A stretch of DNA of 64,000 nt from Gammaproteobacteria bacterium (lineage in GTDB: Bacteria; Pseudomonadota; Gammaproteobacteria; Steroidobacterales; Rariloculaceae), in the NCBI GenBank assembly GCA_022820625.1, contig JAJEFE010000077.1:96126-160125 (forward strand), given 5' to 3'. How positions within the stretch are numbered: position 1 is the first letter of the stretch; the number at the start of each line of letters is the position of its first letter. Of this stretch, positions 7,710 through 17,571 are shown piece by piece. Both the position numbers and the translations under genes were made by a program. Under the pieces are notes generated by a model. That model was not told the DNA's origin and did not search any database. It saw only the letters and a program-made list of their open reading frames with translations.

Positions 7710-10118
7710 TCAGCGAGTCCCGAAATCCTTGGTCAGGCTCAGGGAGATCATGCGTGGAGGGCCGCGGTCCGTGAATATCCCGTAGTTCTCCGTGTTCGGG
7801 CGGTTTCCGGGCCTCCCTCCGTGGAAGAAGCGGGCGAATTTGGAGTGCCACCGCCCGTACACTTCGTCCGTCAGGTTGGTTCCCTCAAGCGCTACGGTAA
7901 GCGCCTGGTCCGGAAGGAACCAGGCGATACGGCCGTTCAGCAGCCCCCTGGCCGGAGTCGTGTAGGACTGGTCCGTGTTCTCGGATGAATGGTTGTAGAA
8001 CTCATCCTGCCAGGCGTAGTTCAGATTGGTCGACAGGCTTCCGGCGCCGACATCGGCCCGATGACTCAGCGACAGGTTGTAGCTCAGTTCCGGCGCGCTG
8101 GTTATGAACACGGTCCCCGGCGGACTGGGATTCAGGATGATCGCGTCGGTCCCGCCCGCGGAGAGACTGATGGTCAGGTCGTCGGTCGCGGCCAAGGCGA
8201 AGTCAAGCTCCCAGCCCTTGCTGGATACGTCGCCGAGGTTGACGATTTCGACCACCGCCGAGTCTCCGGTCGTGACCAACATGGCGCCCTGACGATTCGT
8301 GAAGTCCATGTCGAAGTACGTGAGATTCAGGCGCACGCGATCCTCTAGCCAGTTCGTGCGCATACCGACTTCCGTGCTGATGACTTTTTCCGGCTCGATG
8401 GCGTTGATCTCATAAGTCGCAGGGTCGATGGCGCCCAGGCCCATCGAGCCATCGTGGTTGAACGCGCCGGCGCGATAGGCCTTTGAGATCGATCCGTAGA
8501 GCATCGCCTGGTCGGATACATCGTGATCGAGCACGAAACGGTAGTCCGTCTCGCTCCAGCCTTCGTCGCCGGTCGTCTCCCAGAGGCAGTCGGGATCGCG
8601 TACGACCTGCCCGGTGGTGCTCGATGCCGTCGAGCAATTGTTCCATCCGGTGATGTTGAAGTCTCCGCTTTCCCATTCGCGCATGTGAAAACTGGCGTCT
8701 TCGTTGGTATTGCGCAGGCCCACGGTCAGGTTCGTTGCGCCGTTGGGGAAATGGTAGACGCCCTCGGCGAACACGCCGAAGGCCGTTCCCGAGAAAGTGT
8801 CGCCCCAGATGTCGCGCGTATCGGCGTCTCCGTTATCGTTGTTCTGGTTGCGCAGGACATGTTGCAACGTGCTGCGGGTCGTATCGTAGTAGTTGATTCC
8901 GGATACCAGGTCGATGGCGCCGCCGGCCAGAGCGGAATTCAGCAGGACTTCCAGCATGGTGGCGTCGCCTTCATAGTCGCGAAAACGGATTTCCGCCCCG
9001 TAGGTGATCCAGTCCGTCGCCTCGGAATTGGATACGTCGTGCCGGCCGAAGGTGACCTGCAGGCCATGATTCTCGTTCAGGTCCCAGGTCAGCGCGCCGG
9101 TGTATTGCCGGTTGTCGGAATCGTCCCAGGTGGCGCAGTCCGACTCCCAGCTCAAGGGGTCCATATCGACCAGGAAGCAATAGCCCGAAACCGTGTAGTC
9201 GTCGAGAAGCAGCCGCGGGTCGTTCTGTACCAGCGCGGGTTCGCCGTTGTTGATAAGTTGGCGGTTGAGCTGCGCGATGTGGGCGCCGAGGGGCGCCGTC
9301 ATGATGTCCAGTTCCTCCATGTCCCGGCTGGACGGGTTGCCACGCGTCTGTTCGGAGCGGATCTTGAAATCCACCGTCATGGAGTCGTCCGGAACCCACC
9401 TGAAAGCGAGGCTGGCGATGGTATCGTCGACCTGGCCGAGCGTGGCCTGATCGCCGGACACGCCCCGGCGCGTGACGTAGCCGTCCCGGTTCAGGCTGGC
9501 GATGTCGCCCTTGAAAAAGAAATTCTCGCCAAGAGGTGCGTTGAGCGTTGCCTCCAGGTCGGCGCGGCCGAAGTTACCGGCCCGCAACGTCACGTCGGAA
9601 TAGAACTCCTCCGACGGCTTGCGCGTGGTGATGCGTATGGCCCCGCCGGTGCTGTTTCGCCCGAACAGCGTGCCCTGCGGCCCCCGCAGCACCTCGATGG
9701 ATTCGATGTCGATGGTCCTCAGGGCATTTCGCGCGATGCTCGGAAAGTAGACATCGTCGATGTACAGCGCCACACCGCTGTCGGTATCCAGCCCCGGACC
9801 GCCGCCACCGCCTATACCGCGAATGTTGAATGACGGCTGGCTTCCTCCGTTGCCCCGGGTGGGCGCTATGTTCAGGTTCGGCGCGATCGACTGCAGGTCG
9901 TAAAAGTCGGTAACCACCGCTGCTTCGAGGGTCTCCGGCGTGAACGCGGCCACCGATAACGGCGTATCCTGCAGCAGCGTCTCCCGGCGTTCCGCCGTGA
10001 CGACGATTTCCTCAAGTGCCTGTGCGTGCACCGCGCCGGTCACAAGTGACGCGGATACCACAAGAACTACGGCCGCTGCTCCGGGCAGGGCACGTTGGAC
10101 AATATGACTCTTTCCCAT
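7710..10118 (-). CDS. TonB-dependent receptor
   Basis: Signal peptide, then ALEEIVVTAERRETLLQDTPLSVAAF (plug). RGIGGGGGPG..ALYIDDVY, EVLRGPQGTLFGRNSTGGAIRI, and a long beta-barrel. ATG 10118 is preceded by GGAG. Confidence 0.9.
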   Translation of the reverse strand: MGKSHIVQRALPGAAAVVLVVSASLVTGAVHAQALEEIVVTAERRETLLQDTPLSVAAFTPETLEAAVVTDFYDLQSIAPNLNIAPTRGNGGSQPSFNIRGIGGGGGPGLDTDSGVALYIDDVYFPSIARNALRTIDIESIEVLRGPQGTLFGRNSTGGAIRITTRKPSEEFYSDVTLRAGNFGRADLEATLNAPLGENFFFKGDIASLNRDGYVTRRGVSGDQATLGQVDDTIASLAFRWVPDDSMTVDFKIRSEQTRGNPSSRDMEELDIMTAPLGAHIAQLNRQLINNGEPALVQNDPRLLLDDYTVSGYCFLVDMDPLSWESDCATWDDSDNRQYTGALTWDLNENHGLQVTFGRHDVSNSEATDWITYGAEIRFRDYEGDATMLEVLLNSALAGGAIDLVSGINYYDTTRSTLQHVLRNQNNDNGDADTRDIWGDTFSGTAFGVFAEGVYHFPNGATNLTVGLRNTNEDASFHMREWESGDFNITGWNNCSTASSTTGQVVRDPDCLWETTGDEGWSETDYRFVLDHDVSDQAMLYGSISKAYRAGAFNHDGSMGLGAIDPATYEINAIEPEKVISTEVGMRTNWLEDRVRLNLTYFDMDFTNRQGAMLVTTGDSAVVEIVNLGDVSSKGWELDFALAATDDLTISLSAGGTDAIILNPSPPGTVFITSAPELSYNLSLSHRADVGAGSLSTNLNYAWQDEFYNHSSENTDQSYTTPARGLLNGRIAWFLPDQALTVALEGTNLTDEVYGRWHSKFARFFHGGRPGNRPNTENYGIFTDRGPPRMISLSLTKDFGTR

Positions 10119-10337
10119 GGCCAATTCTCCTTCGCGTTTACGACATTCGCATACAGTATCATGTCGATATGTTGCAAAAAAACACACAGATATTACTTCC
10201 GTGACAAGCAGCCTGAATTTCGCGCAGCAGGGAGGGTATGTAGAAGTCTCTGAAGGAGGCGCTGCTCAAACCCCTGTTGCTGTAGACCTGTCCCGGCGCG
10301 CCCGCCACTCATGATCGCATTTGCGCGTTGATGGTTT

Positions 10338-11078
10338 TTACCGGGGCGCGCTGTCCTCGTCCAGAAAGGGTACGAACCTGACGGGCAGAACGTGCGTCAC
10401 GCGCGTCTGCCCGTCTTCGGTTTTCTCCAATACCTGCAGGGATTGGACCTCATTTTCCGGTCCAACCGGAATGACCAGCCGTCCTCCGGGCTTGAGCTGC
10501 GTGATCAGCGGCTCCGGAACCGCCTCCGGCGCCGCGGTAACCAGGATCGCATCGAACGGCGCGTACTCCGGCCACCCCTGGTAGCCGTCACCGATTCGGA
10601 CCGATACGTTGGAATAGCCCAGGCGCTCCAGGGTCAGCGCGGCGCGGCGGCCCAGCGGTTCGACGATCTCGATGGTGTAGACGTGATCGACGGATTCGGC
10701 AAGCACGGCGGCCTGGTAGCCTGAGCCGGTGCCGATCTCCAGCACCACCGAATCAGGTCCGACCTCGGCAAGATCCGTCATCAGCGCGACGATATAGGGC
10801 TGCGAGATGGTTTGTCCGCTGCCGATGGGCAAGGGGCTGTTGCGATAGGCGTCGGCGCCGCGAAATGCCTCGGGGACGAATTCGTGTCGAGGCACGGTGC
10901 GCAGCGCTTCGATGACCTGGTCCTTGAACTGAGGGCGCCCCGTTTCCGCACCGGTCAATTCGGCAAGCCGAACAACCTGTTCAACCATGAATTCGCGTTC
11001 TTCCGCGAAATCCGACTGTGCGCCCGACTGCAGCGTTGCCAACAACAGGGGCAGCGCAATGTATGGATTACGGTGCAT
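10338..11078 (-). CDS. pcm: Protein-L-isoaspartate O-methyltransferase paralog with a signal-peptide-like N-terminus
   Basis: GQTISQPYIVALMTDLAEV..VLEIGTGSGYQAAVLAE and GGRLVIPVG are classic PCMT motifs. The N-terminus MHRNPYIALPLLLATLQSGAQS looks like a Sec signal. Confidence 0.85.
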   Translation of the reverse strand: MHRNPYIALPLLLATLQSGAQSDFAEEREFMVEQVVRLAELTGAETGRPQFKDQVIEALRTVPRHEFVPEAFRGADAYRNSPLPIGSGQTISQPYIVALMTDLAEVGPDSVVLEIGTGSGYQAAVLAESVDHVYTIEIVEPLGRRAALTLERLGYSNVSVRIGDGYQGWPEYAPFDAILVTAAPEAVPEPLITQLKPGGRLVIPVGPENEVQSLQVLEKTEDGQTRVTHVLPVRFVPFLDEDSAPR

Positions 11079-11200
11079 GACACGCGTTACATCACAGGTT
11101 GTTCCTTCGGTCAACAACGGCTGCATCCTGATCGGGTTTCAGGCGGTCTGCTACTATGGGGTGAGATGGCTGGAATACAAAGCCAAATAAGGAAAGGCAA

Positions 11201-11764
11201 ATGAACTATACAAACTTTTGGCGTGTTGTATTGGGTGCTGGTTCTCTTCTTGCCCTGGCGGCGGTTTCCGCAGATGTCGAAGTGACGCTCAAGGATCGTC
11301 TGGACGGGAACCTCAACGGTTATTGCCTGGACATCCGGGGCGGCGGCCAGAATATCGACCCGTCTCAGGGGCTGCAGGCGCATACCTGCTACAGCTATCG
11401 CGGGGACCTGGGCTCGGACCAGGCGTTCGACCCCGAACTGATGGCCGGTGGCGAATTCAAGGTCATTGCCTTTGATGTATGCGCCACCATGGACGGTACG
11501 GAAGCGGGTGCGGAAGTTGAGTTGTCAGCCTGTGATGGAAGCGAACTGCAGCAATTCGACTTGTCGGCGAATGGCAGCATCAGCCCGAAAAGCGCGCCGG
11601 GCATGTGTCTGACGGCAGGAAACGAAACGACGTTCGGTATGGGCGGTACCTCGCCGCACCAGATCAAGACCCTTACGCTGCAACAGTGCAGCGATACCCT
11701 GGCGGCTTATCAGGAGTGGTATACGCGAACGCAGGAAGACTACAACAGCGAGGTGGGCGAATGA
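11201..11764 (+). CDS. Exported ricin-type beta-trefoil lectin-like protein
   Basis: Signal peptide. Repeated C-containing units (GYCLDIRGGG..LQAHTC; FDVCATMDG..LSACDGSELQQF; GMCLTAGN..LQQCS) resemble ricin-B QxW-type repeats. Confidence 0.55.
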   Translation: MNYTNFWRVVLGAGSLLALAAVSADVEVTLKDRLDGNLNGYCLDIRGGGQNIDPSQGLQAHTCYSYRGDLGSDQAFDPELMAGGEFKVIAFDVCATMDGTEAGAEVELSACDGSELQQFDLSANGSISPKSAPGMCLTAGNETTFGMGGTSPHQIKTLTLQQCSDTLAAYQEWYTRTQEDYNSEVGE

Positions 11765-11958
11765 GACTCAGGACACTACCGTGGCTGTTTCTGGTCACCG
11801 TGTCGGCCATCGCGGCCCCGCCGGGAACCGCGGGGCCTTTCGACGCTCAGACTTCAATCGCCCAAGTCTCGAAGTCGTGTTGGGCCGTCCCTTTCTCCAA
11901 AAATCGTAGCTCACACGCAAACCGAAGCTACGGCCTTCGTTTGAACTACGATTTCTAG
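11761..11958 (+). CDS. Possible small exported ORF (65 aa), translationally coupled to the lectin gene
   Basis: ATG 11761 overlaps the lectin stop (ATGA). N-terminus MRLRTLPWLFLVTVSAIAAPPG is signal-like. The 3' half falls in a lower-GC stretch with hairpins, so coding status is doubtful. Confidence 0.25.
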   Translation: MRLRTLPWLFLVTVSAIAAPPGTAGPFDAQTSIAQVSKSCWAVPFSKNRSSHANRSYGLRLNYDF

Positions 11959-12092
11959 CCTGGAATTGGAACGACTTGATCTCTGAACCTGAGGATTTCA
12001 GGAAAAAAGTCTGAAACACTTCTAAGTAGCCAATAGAACTCAGCGGGCGCCTCGTCGGTCTAGCTGTTTCACGCGGCTTTTGCCACGGGCCT

Positions 12093-13742
12093 CTAGAGAA
12101 TGCTGTATACGATCTCTCCTCCAACCATCGTCATCACGGGTTCGATGTCCTTGATTTCGTGCGCGGGCACCGTCAGGTAGTCGCGATCAAGCACGACAAG
12201 GTCCGCCAGTTTGCCGGCCTCGAGGGTCCCCAGGTCGTCTTCCTTGAACATCAGGTATGCGTTCGAACGCGTATGGGCGACAAGCGCCGCTTCCCGACCC
12301 ACCGGATCCGGGTGAATTGGCGTGCCGTCGATTCCGAGGCCGGTGGCGGCCCACATCAGTGTCACGAAAGGCTGGTAGTGCGACACGACACCCGTATCGG
12401 TGCCAAGTCCCCAAATCATTCCACTGGCTTCGAAAGCCGCCATCGGCGGAATCGGCGGTCTGGTTGCGTTGCCTCGAGGCACGATCGGGCGCGCCTGGTG
12501 CACTGCCTGGCCGTGGACGGCCGCCGTCAGGCCCAACTCTCTGGCGCGCTGAATGGTTTCCTCCGTCACCGTGAGCACGTGGGCCAGCGTCCAACGCAGA
12601 TCGGTGATGGGCACGGTTTCATTGAGCGTCTCCAGCCGGTCCAGAAAGTCTATGGTCGTCCGGTCGGCCATCACGTGCTCGTGAATGTGCCAGCCGCCTT
12701 CCGCGGCGACGGTGGCAAGTTTCATGTACTCGTTCCAGATCTCGTCCGAATACGACTCCACCGTGTTGGACGAGTCGTGCATCGGGCCGTAAACGTGTTC
12801 GCCCAGACCGAGCAGACCGATCCGGTCGTCCACGGAGAAGGGCGTGTGCGACCGAATCAGCTCGACCGCTTCATCCGCCTCGGCCGATGTTTCGGCGCGG
12901 TACTTCAATGTATGGAACACCCGCAACGGCAGATGTCTTTCCGACGAAGCGCGTGCGATCAGGGAGATGTCGCCGGCGGAGGGGCGGTCGACATCGTAGA
13001 CGGTCGTCAATCCCACGGCGTTCAGATCGGCTGAGAACTGGTATAGGTTTTCCTTTAGCTGTTCCTCGGTCGGCGGGGGCATCTCGCGGAACATACGATT
13101 GAAGGATTGCCGGCCCTGCCGCCAGGCGCCGGCTTCCGTCCCAACTCCCACAGCGTTCAGAGCAAGGCTGTTTGCGTATGCGCCACGATAACTGGTTTGC
13201 GCGTAGAACGGGTTGTCGGGTGCCGCACGATCGAGTTCTTCCAGCGTAAAGCCACCTTTCCGATCGGCGAATTGGTCCACCGACCACCCGCCCTGGACCA
13301 TGAACCACTCGCCGGCCGGAAGGCTCGCGGCATGCTCCGCGATGATGGCGAGCGCGTCTTCACGCGATGCCACGCCGTCGATTCGCGCCTGTTGATGCCA
13401 GCGCTGCACGGTGCGGATGTAGTGCACGTGATTGTCGATGAGGCCCGGAATTACGGTGCGGCCTTCAAGGTCCATGACTACCGTGTCCGGACCGGCAAGC
13501 GCGACCACTTCGTCGGTGGCGCCTGTTGCAAGAATCCTCTCGCCATTGATTGCAATGGCTTCCATGACATTGAAATCGTTGTCGACGGTAAGGATCCTCC
13601 CGTTGTACAGGATCCGGTCAGGCGCCGGAAAGGCCGCCGTTTCGGTCGTGCTGCCATCGATTGAATCCACCGGGCCGCCATCGCAGCCCACGATCATGAC
13701 GGACCACAGCAGAAGGAAAATTGAACGCGTTGTCTTGTACAT
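12093..13742 (-). CDS. Amidohydrolase-family lipoprotein (paralog of 2087-3733)
   Basis: Lipobox MIVGC. VIPGLIDNHVHYIRTV and GTLEAGKLADLVVLDRD. Collinear with 2087-3733 over the full length, roughly half the residues identical by eye. Confidence 0.85.
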   Translation of the reverse strand: MYKTTRSIFLLLWSVMIVGCDGGPVDSIDGSTTETAAFPAPDRILYNGRILTVDNDFNVMEAIAINGERILATGATDEVVALAGPDTVVMDLEGRTVIPGLIDNHVHYIRTVQRWHQQARIDGVASREDALAIIAEHAASLPAGEWFMVQGGWSVDQFADRKGGFTLEELDRAAPDNPFYAQTSYRGAYANSLALNAVGVGTEAGAWRQGRQSFNRMFREMPPPTEEQLKENLYQFSADLNAVGLTTVYDVDRPSAGDISLIARASSERHLPLRVFHTLKYRAETSAEADEAVELIRSHTPFSVDDRIGLLGLGEHVYGPMHDSSNTVESYSDEIWNEYMKLATVAAEGGWHIHEHVMADRTTIDFLDRLETLNETVPITDLRWTLAHVLTVTEETIQRARELGLTAAVHGQAVHQARPIVPRGNATRPPIPPMAAFEASGMIWGLGTDTGVVSHYQPFVTLMWAATGLGIDGTPIHPDPVGREAALVAHTRSNAYLMFKEDDLGTLEAGKLADLVVLDRDYLTVPAHEIKDIEPVMTMVGGEIVYSIL

Positions 13743-13920
13743 GGCTTGTCCCTCGTCCAACGGAGAACGGTCATTTTCCAGGCGGCTGGTTTCAGTCGCA
13801 GAAACCAGGGTTTGAGTCTTTGTAGCCTGCTTTTCGACAGACTGCAACATTACGTCCCGAAAGCAGCTTCACGAACTTCCAAAAGCTTCTTTTTTTCTGC
13901 TTTTTCGAGCCGCTTCGGTG

Positions 13921-14415
13921 CTATGGACTCGTGCTCGCCACTATCTCTCGTGTCGTCATATCGATCACGAACAATCGTGAAATGAAGAAGGGGCCGCTTT
14001 GCGCATCCTCCAGTTCAGGCATTTCGTGCATATCCGGCACCGCTGTCGGCAGACCGGAAGAGGCGCCCGTAACAGAGGCACGCACTTCGTAGTTGTTGCC
14101 CGCGTAAGCATTGAAGCACAGCTCGGATTCCATGGAATCCAGTGTGGAAGTCGTCGCGCGCGCTTCTATGCAAACGCCGCGAGGCCTTACCCGGATACTG
14201 CGGCTCGTCACCCGTATGGGGTCACCTCGGGCGTTATCGGCCGACAGTATTCGAATTCTTGCTGCTGTACGGTCATTCGGCGCTCGCGGGGCACCGATCA
14301 GGGCTGTCTGAATGTCAGGAAGCGCCGGCCCCTCATACAATTGTGGTGGCGCACTTGCACACGAGGCCAGTGCCAGGCAGGCCATCATGGCAGTAAGGGA
14401 AAGCGTCGATCTCAT
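13921..14415 (-). CDS. Hypothetical lipoprotein
   Basis: MRSTLSLTAMMACLALASCAS lipobox. No recognisable domain. Confidence 0.55.
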   Translation of the reverse strand: MRSTLSLTAMMACLALASCASAPPQLYEGPALPDIQTALIGAPRAPNDRTAARIRILSADNARGDPIRVTSRSIRVRPRGVCIEARATTSTLDSMESELCFNAYAGNNYEVRASVTGASSGLPTAVPDMHEMPELEDAQSGPFFISRLFVIDMTTREIVASTSP

Positions 14416-14700
14416 TTCAATCCCCCGAGCGAAATAGTCTTTCTCTGAAATTGGCGTTACCGGAAGGTTATGTAGAAATCACTGCCGTCACAATAGCCGC
14501 GTGCCTCAATCTCGCTACGCAACCTCGGTATCGTCGCCGAACCCCCATACTGAGTTGCCCGGTGGGTTGAGGGACAGTTGCCTTTTTTGTGAAGATGCGA
14601 GTAGCGCCCCTCCGTGTTTCCCGGTCGGTACCCAGTGAACTCACGGTGGATGAGGACATTTGCGGGTGGAGGTTTCGCCCGTAATGAATGGAGAAAGGAT

Positions 14701-15711
14701 ATGAAGTCGGTTCGTGCAGTTGTTTCACTCTTGCTTGCGGCCTCTCCCGGGTTCGCCCAGAACGTGACGATCACGCCGATCGGCTCTCATCCCGGCGAGT
14801 TGTGCGCCAACGACCGGGCCATCGTGTTCGAGGACCCGACCGGCGTCCGCCTGCTCTACGACCCCGCCCACAACCTTGTCGCGGGTGACGACCCACGGCT
14901 CGGAGACGTTCATGTGGTGCTGTTCTCCCACATGCATGGGGACCACCTGGGAGATCGCAGCCTTCGGGCCGAGGGCGCCGGCAACTGCGCCAACTCCGAG
15001 CGCGTTCCCGCCCCGAACTCCATGACTGCGGAGGTTGTGGTGGCACACGACGCCGTGCTCGTGACGACCCGTGCCATGGCCGGATTCGTGGCCAGCAAGG
15101 TCGAGGGCATGCGCGGACGTCCCCTGGGCGTGTGTGCGAATCCCGTTGCCGCCACCGTTCCCGCTGAGACAGCCTGCAGATCCAGCATGGATCTGGGCGG
15201 CGTGTTTGTCGCCGGTATGGTCGATGCGGACGCTGGTGTGGAGATCACGATCGTATTCGCGTCACATGTGAACAACGCCCCACCCGCGTTACTCTCCGAA
15301 GCGCAGCGGGCCGCCCTTCAGGCCGACGGCGCGATTCTCGAGTACGGTCCGCCCACAGGCTATGTCGTGAAGTTCACCAACGGACTGACCGCCTGGCTTT
15401 CGGGCGATACCGGTATCCACTCGGAGATGAGAACGGTCGTCAACGAATTTCACGGGGCGAACCTCGCCGTACTCAACCTGGGTAACAACCCCGGCATCTA
15501 CATGTCGGCCCCCCACGTGATCGACGAACTGGTCCAGCCGGCGTCGGTGATTCTCACGCATGTGAACGAGCCCGCCACGGAAGGTGGAATTCTCAGTCCG
15601 CAGTCGCGTACCGCGGCGGTAATCGACCAACTCGGGACGCCGGCGCACCTGGCCATCAGCGGGCGCACCATGGAGTTCGACGGACAGGGCCGCTGCGTGG
15701 CCGGTTGTTGA
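14701..15711 (+). CDS. Exported MBL-fold metallo-hydrolase
   Basis: GGAGAAAGG RBS before ATG 14701. Signal peptide MKSVRAVVSLLLAASPGFAQN. HVVLFSHMHGDHLGD is the HxHxDH motif. Confidence 0.8.
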   Translation: MKSVRAVVSLLLAASPGFAQNVTITPIGSHPGELCANDRAIVFEDPTGVRLLYDPAHNLVAGDDPRLGDVHVVLFSHMHGDHLGDRSLRAEGAGNCANSERVPAPNSMTAEVVVAHDAVLVTTRAMAGFVASKVEGMRGRPLGVCANPVAATVPAETACRSSMDLGGVFVAGMVDADAGVEITIVFASHVNNAPPALLSEAQRAALQADGAILEYGPPTGYVVKFTNGLTAWLSGDTGIHSEMRTVVNEFHGANLAVLNLGNNPGIYMSAPHVIDELVQPASVILTHVNEPATEGGILSPQSRTAAVIDQLGTPAHLAISGRTMEFDGQGRCVAGC

Positions 15712-15924
15712 GGTCTGTCGGGGCATATTTTTCATGCCGCGTGTACAAAATCGCAGCGTTGCCGGGTCGCCGTCAGCGGTATAGTTACCCTTCCACGAGT
15801 GAAGTCTTTTTCGACGTGTCGAGAATTGGAGGTGGATTCCGCCATGAACGCGCCGTTCGAACCGAAGATCAGTTCATCGCATATCACGTTGGAAGGGGTG
15901 GACCGGGTATGACCCGCTCTGGCA

Positions 15925-17559
15925 TTGGTTTTCTTGAGGTTGCGGGGAGGCGATCCCATTAGGGCCCGGATTCCGAATACGCTGCGCATTCGTCACGCGA
16001 TTGCCGTCCTGCTGCTGGGCTGGGGCGGATGGGCCGGCGCCGAGCCCAATGTTCTGCTGATCATTGCCGACGACTACGGTTTCGACAAATCGTCGCTCCA
16101 TGTCTCCGGCGAGCACGTTCCGCCGACACCGGTGATCGAGGCGCTGGCCCGCGAAGGCGTGACCTACGACAACGTGTGGTCGTCACCCAGTTGCTCCCCG
16201 ACTCGTGCCACCATGATCACAGGACAGTTCGGATCCCGAAACGGGGTGCCCGGAGTCATCACGCCGCCCCTGGAAGGGCTCGTCCATCGCCTGGATTACC
16301 CACATTATCTGCCCAGGGAACTGGGCAAGCTCGGATACGTCACGGGCATGGTGGGAAAGTGGCACCTGACCCGCACGGGAGACGGTCCCGTTCTGGCCGG
16401 GTACGATTTCTTTGCGGGCCGGCCGCGCAGCTTCGGCGCCGGCGCCGGCGCGCCGGAGGACTCGATCGCTGCCTACTGGGGCGGTTACCTGGAAACCTGG
16501 CGCTGCACTCCGGCCTGTGAGCAGGTAATGTTCCCGGAGAGCCCCCGTCCGGCGCCCGTACCGGATCGCCTTCATGGCAACTACATGACCACCTGGGACG
16601 TGGATCAGGCGCTTGGATGGATTTCGGAACGGGCGGATTCACCGTGGTTCCTGTGGCTGGCATTCCAGACGCCTCATACGCCGCTTCAGTTGCCCCCGGA
16701 ACACCTGGTCGACACGGGTGTTGCGGAGCGCATTGAGGACCACTTCGGCAGCTACGAGGCCGGGCTCTGGGTTCAGGAACGTGAGGATCCTTTGGGTGGT
16801 CGGCTCGTGTTCGACTCCATGGTTTCGGCCATGGACACCGAAATCGGGCGGTTGCTGGAGGGGGTGGATCTCGAAGAGACGGTGGTGATCTTCCTGGGCG
16901 ACAACGGCACGGTCGCATCGCTTTCAGACCCGGCCATCGTGCCCGGCCGCCGCGGCAAGGGAAGCCTCTACCAGGGCGGTATCCACGTCCCCATGGTGAT
17001 CGCGGGCCCGGGTATCGAGGATCGGGGCCGCCGTTCCGGCGCACTCGTGCACACCAGCGACATTTTCCCGACCGTTCTCGATCTCGCGGGAGCAGATATG
17101 GGACCGGACGGCGTACCGGCGTCCATTCCGCGTGAGGTCGTGATCCACGGGCGATCCCTGGCGGCCACGCTCAGGGGCGAACCCGTACCGGGACGCCGGT
17201 ATATTCTCGCGGAAGGCGGCGCCTTCGCGGGCAATCCCGCCTGGGAAGAGCAACCGCGCTTCGGCGGCAGGGAATCCACGGCAATCCGCAACGACCGCTA
17301 CAAGCTGATGCAAGCTACGGTCCAGGACGAGAATCGCAGCTTTATCTGCATAGACGGGCCGCAACCCACGGTGGAAGATCCTGTGCCGTGCGAACGCGAC
17401 GAACGGGTCAAGTCCTACGAACTCTACGATCTCCTGAGCGATCCTCGCGAGTCCGACGATCTCCTCGCCAACGGGGTAGACGCGCTCGAGCCCGACGCGC
17501 GTTTAGTCTTTGAAGAGCTTCGGGACGCGGTTGCGCACGTCCGGGCGGGCCTCAGGTAA
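15925..17559 (+). CDS. Sulfatase (Cys-type, formylglycine-dependent)
   Basis: NVLLIIADDYGFD ... SSPSCSPTRATMITGQF (CxPxR). KWHL and GDNG motifs. The only in-frame start candidates are TTG 15925, 15934 and 15940, so the start is uncertain. Confidence 0.85.
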   Translation: MVFLRLRGGDPIRARIPNTLRIRHAIAVLLLGWGGWAGAEPNVLLIIADDYGFDKSSLHVSGEHVPPTPVIEALAREGVTYDNVWSSPSCSPTRATMITGQFGSRNGVPGVITPPLEGLVHRLDYPHYLPRELGKLGYVTGMVGKWHLTRTGDGPVLAGYDFFAGRPRSFGAGAGAPEDSIAAYWGGYLETWRCTPACEQVMFPESPRPAPVPDRLHGNYMTTWDVDQALGWISERADSPWFLWLAFQTPHTPLQLPPEHLVDTGVAERIEDHFGSYEAGLWVQEREDPLGGRLVFDSMVSAMDTEIGRLLEGVDLEETVVIFLGDNGTVASLSDPAIVPGRRGKGSLYQGGIHVPMVIAGPGIEDRGRRSGALVHTSDIFPTVLDLAGADMGPDGVPASIPREVVIHGRSLAATLRGEPVPGRRYILAEGGAFAGNPAWEEQPRFGGRESTAIRNDRYKLMQATVQDENRSFICIDGPQPTVEDPVPCERDERVKSYELYDLLSDPRESDDLLANGVDALEPDARLVFEELRDAVAHVRAGLR

Positions 17560-17571
17560 CGGGGATCGGGT

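Noticed and set aside
14416-14700. ORFs 14457-14774 and 14468-14728 (minus) in the divergent spacer between the lipoprotein and MBL hydrolase genes, and ORFs in 15712-15924.
   Set aside because: They have no motifs, odd composition and overlap the start of the MBL gene. They are more likely promoter or UTR DNA.
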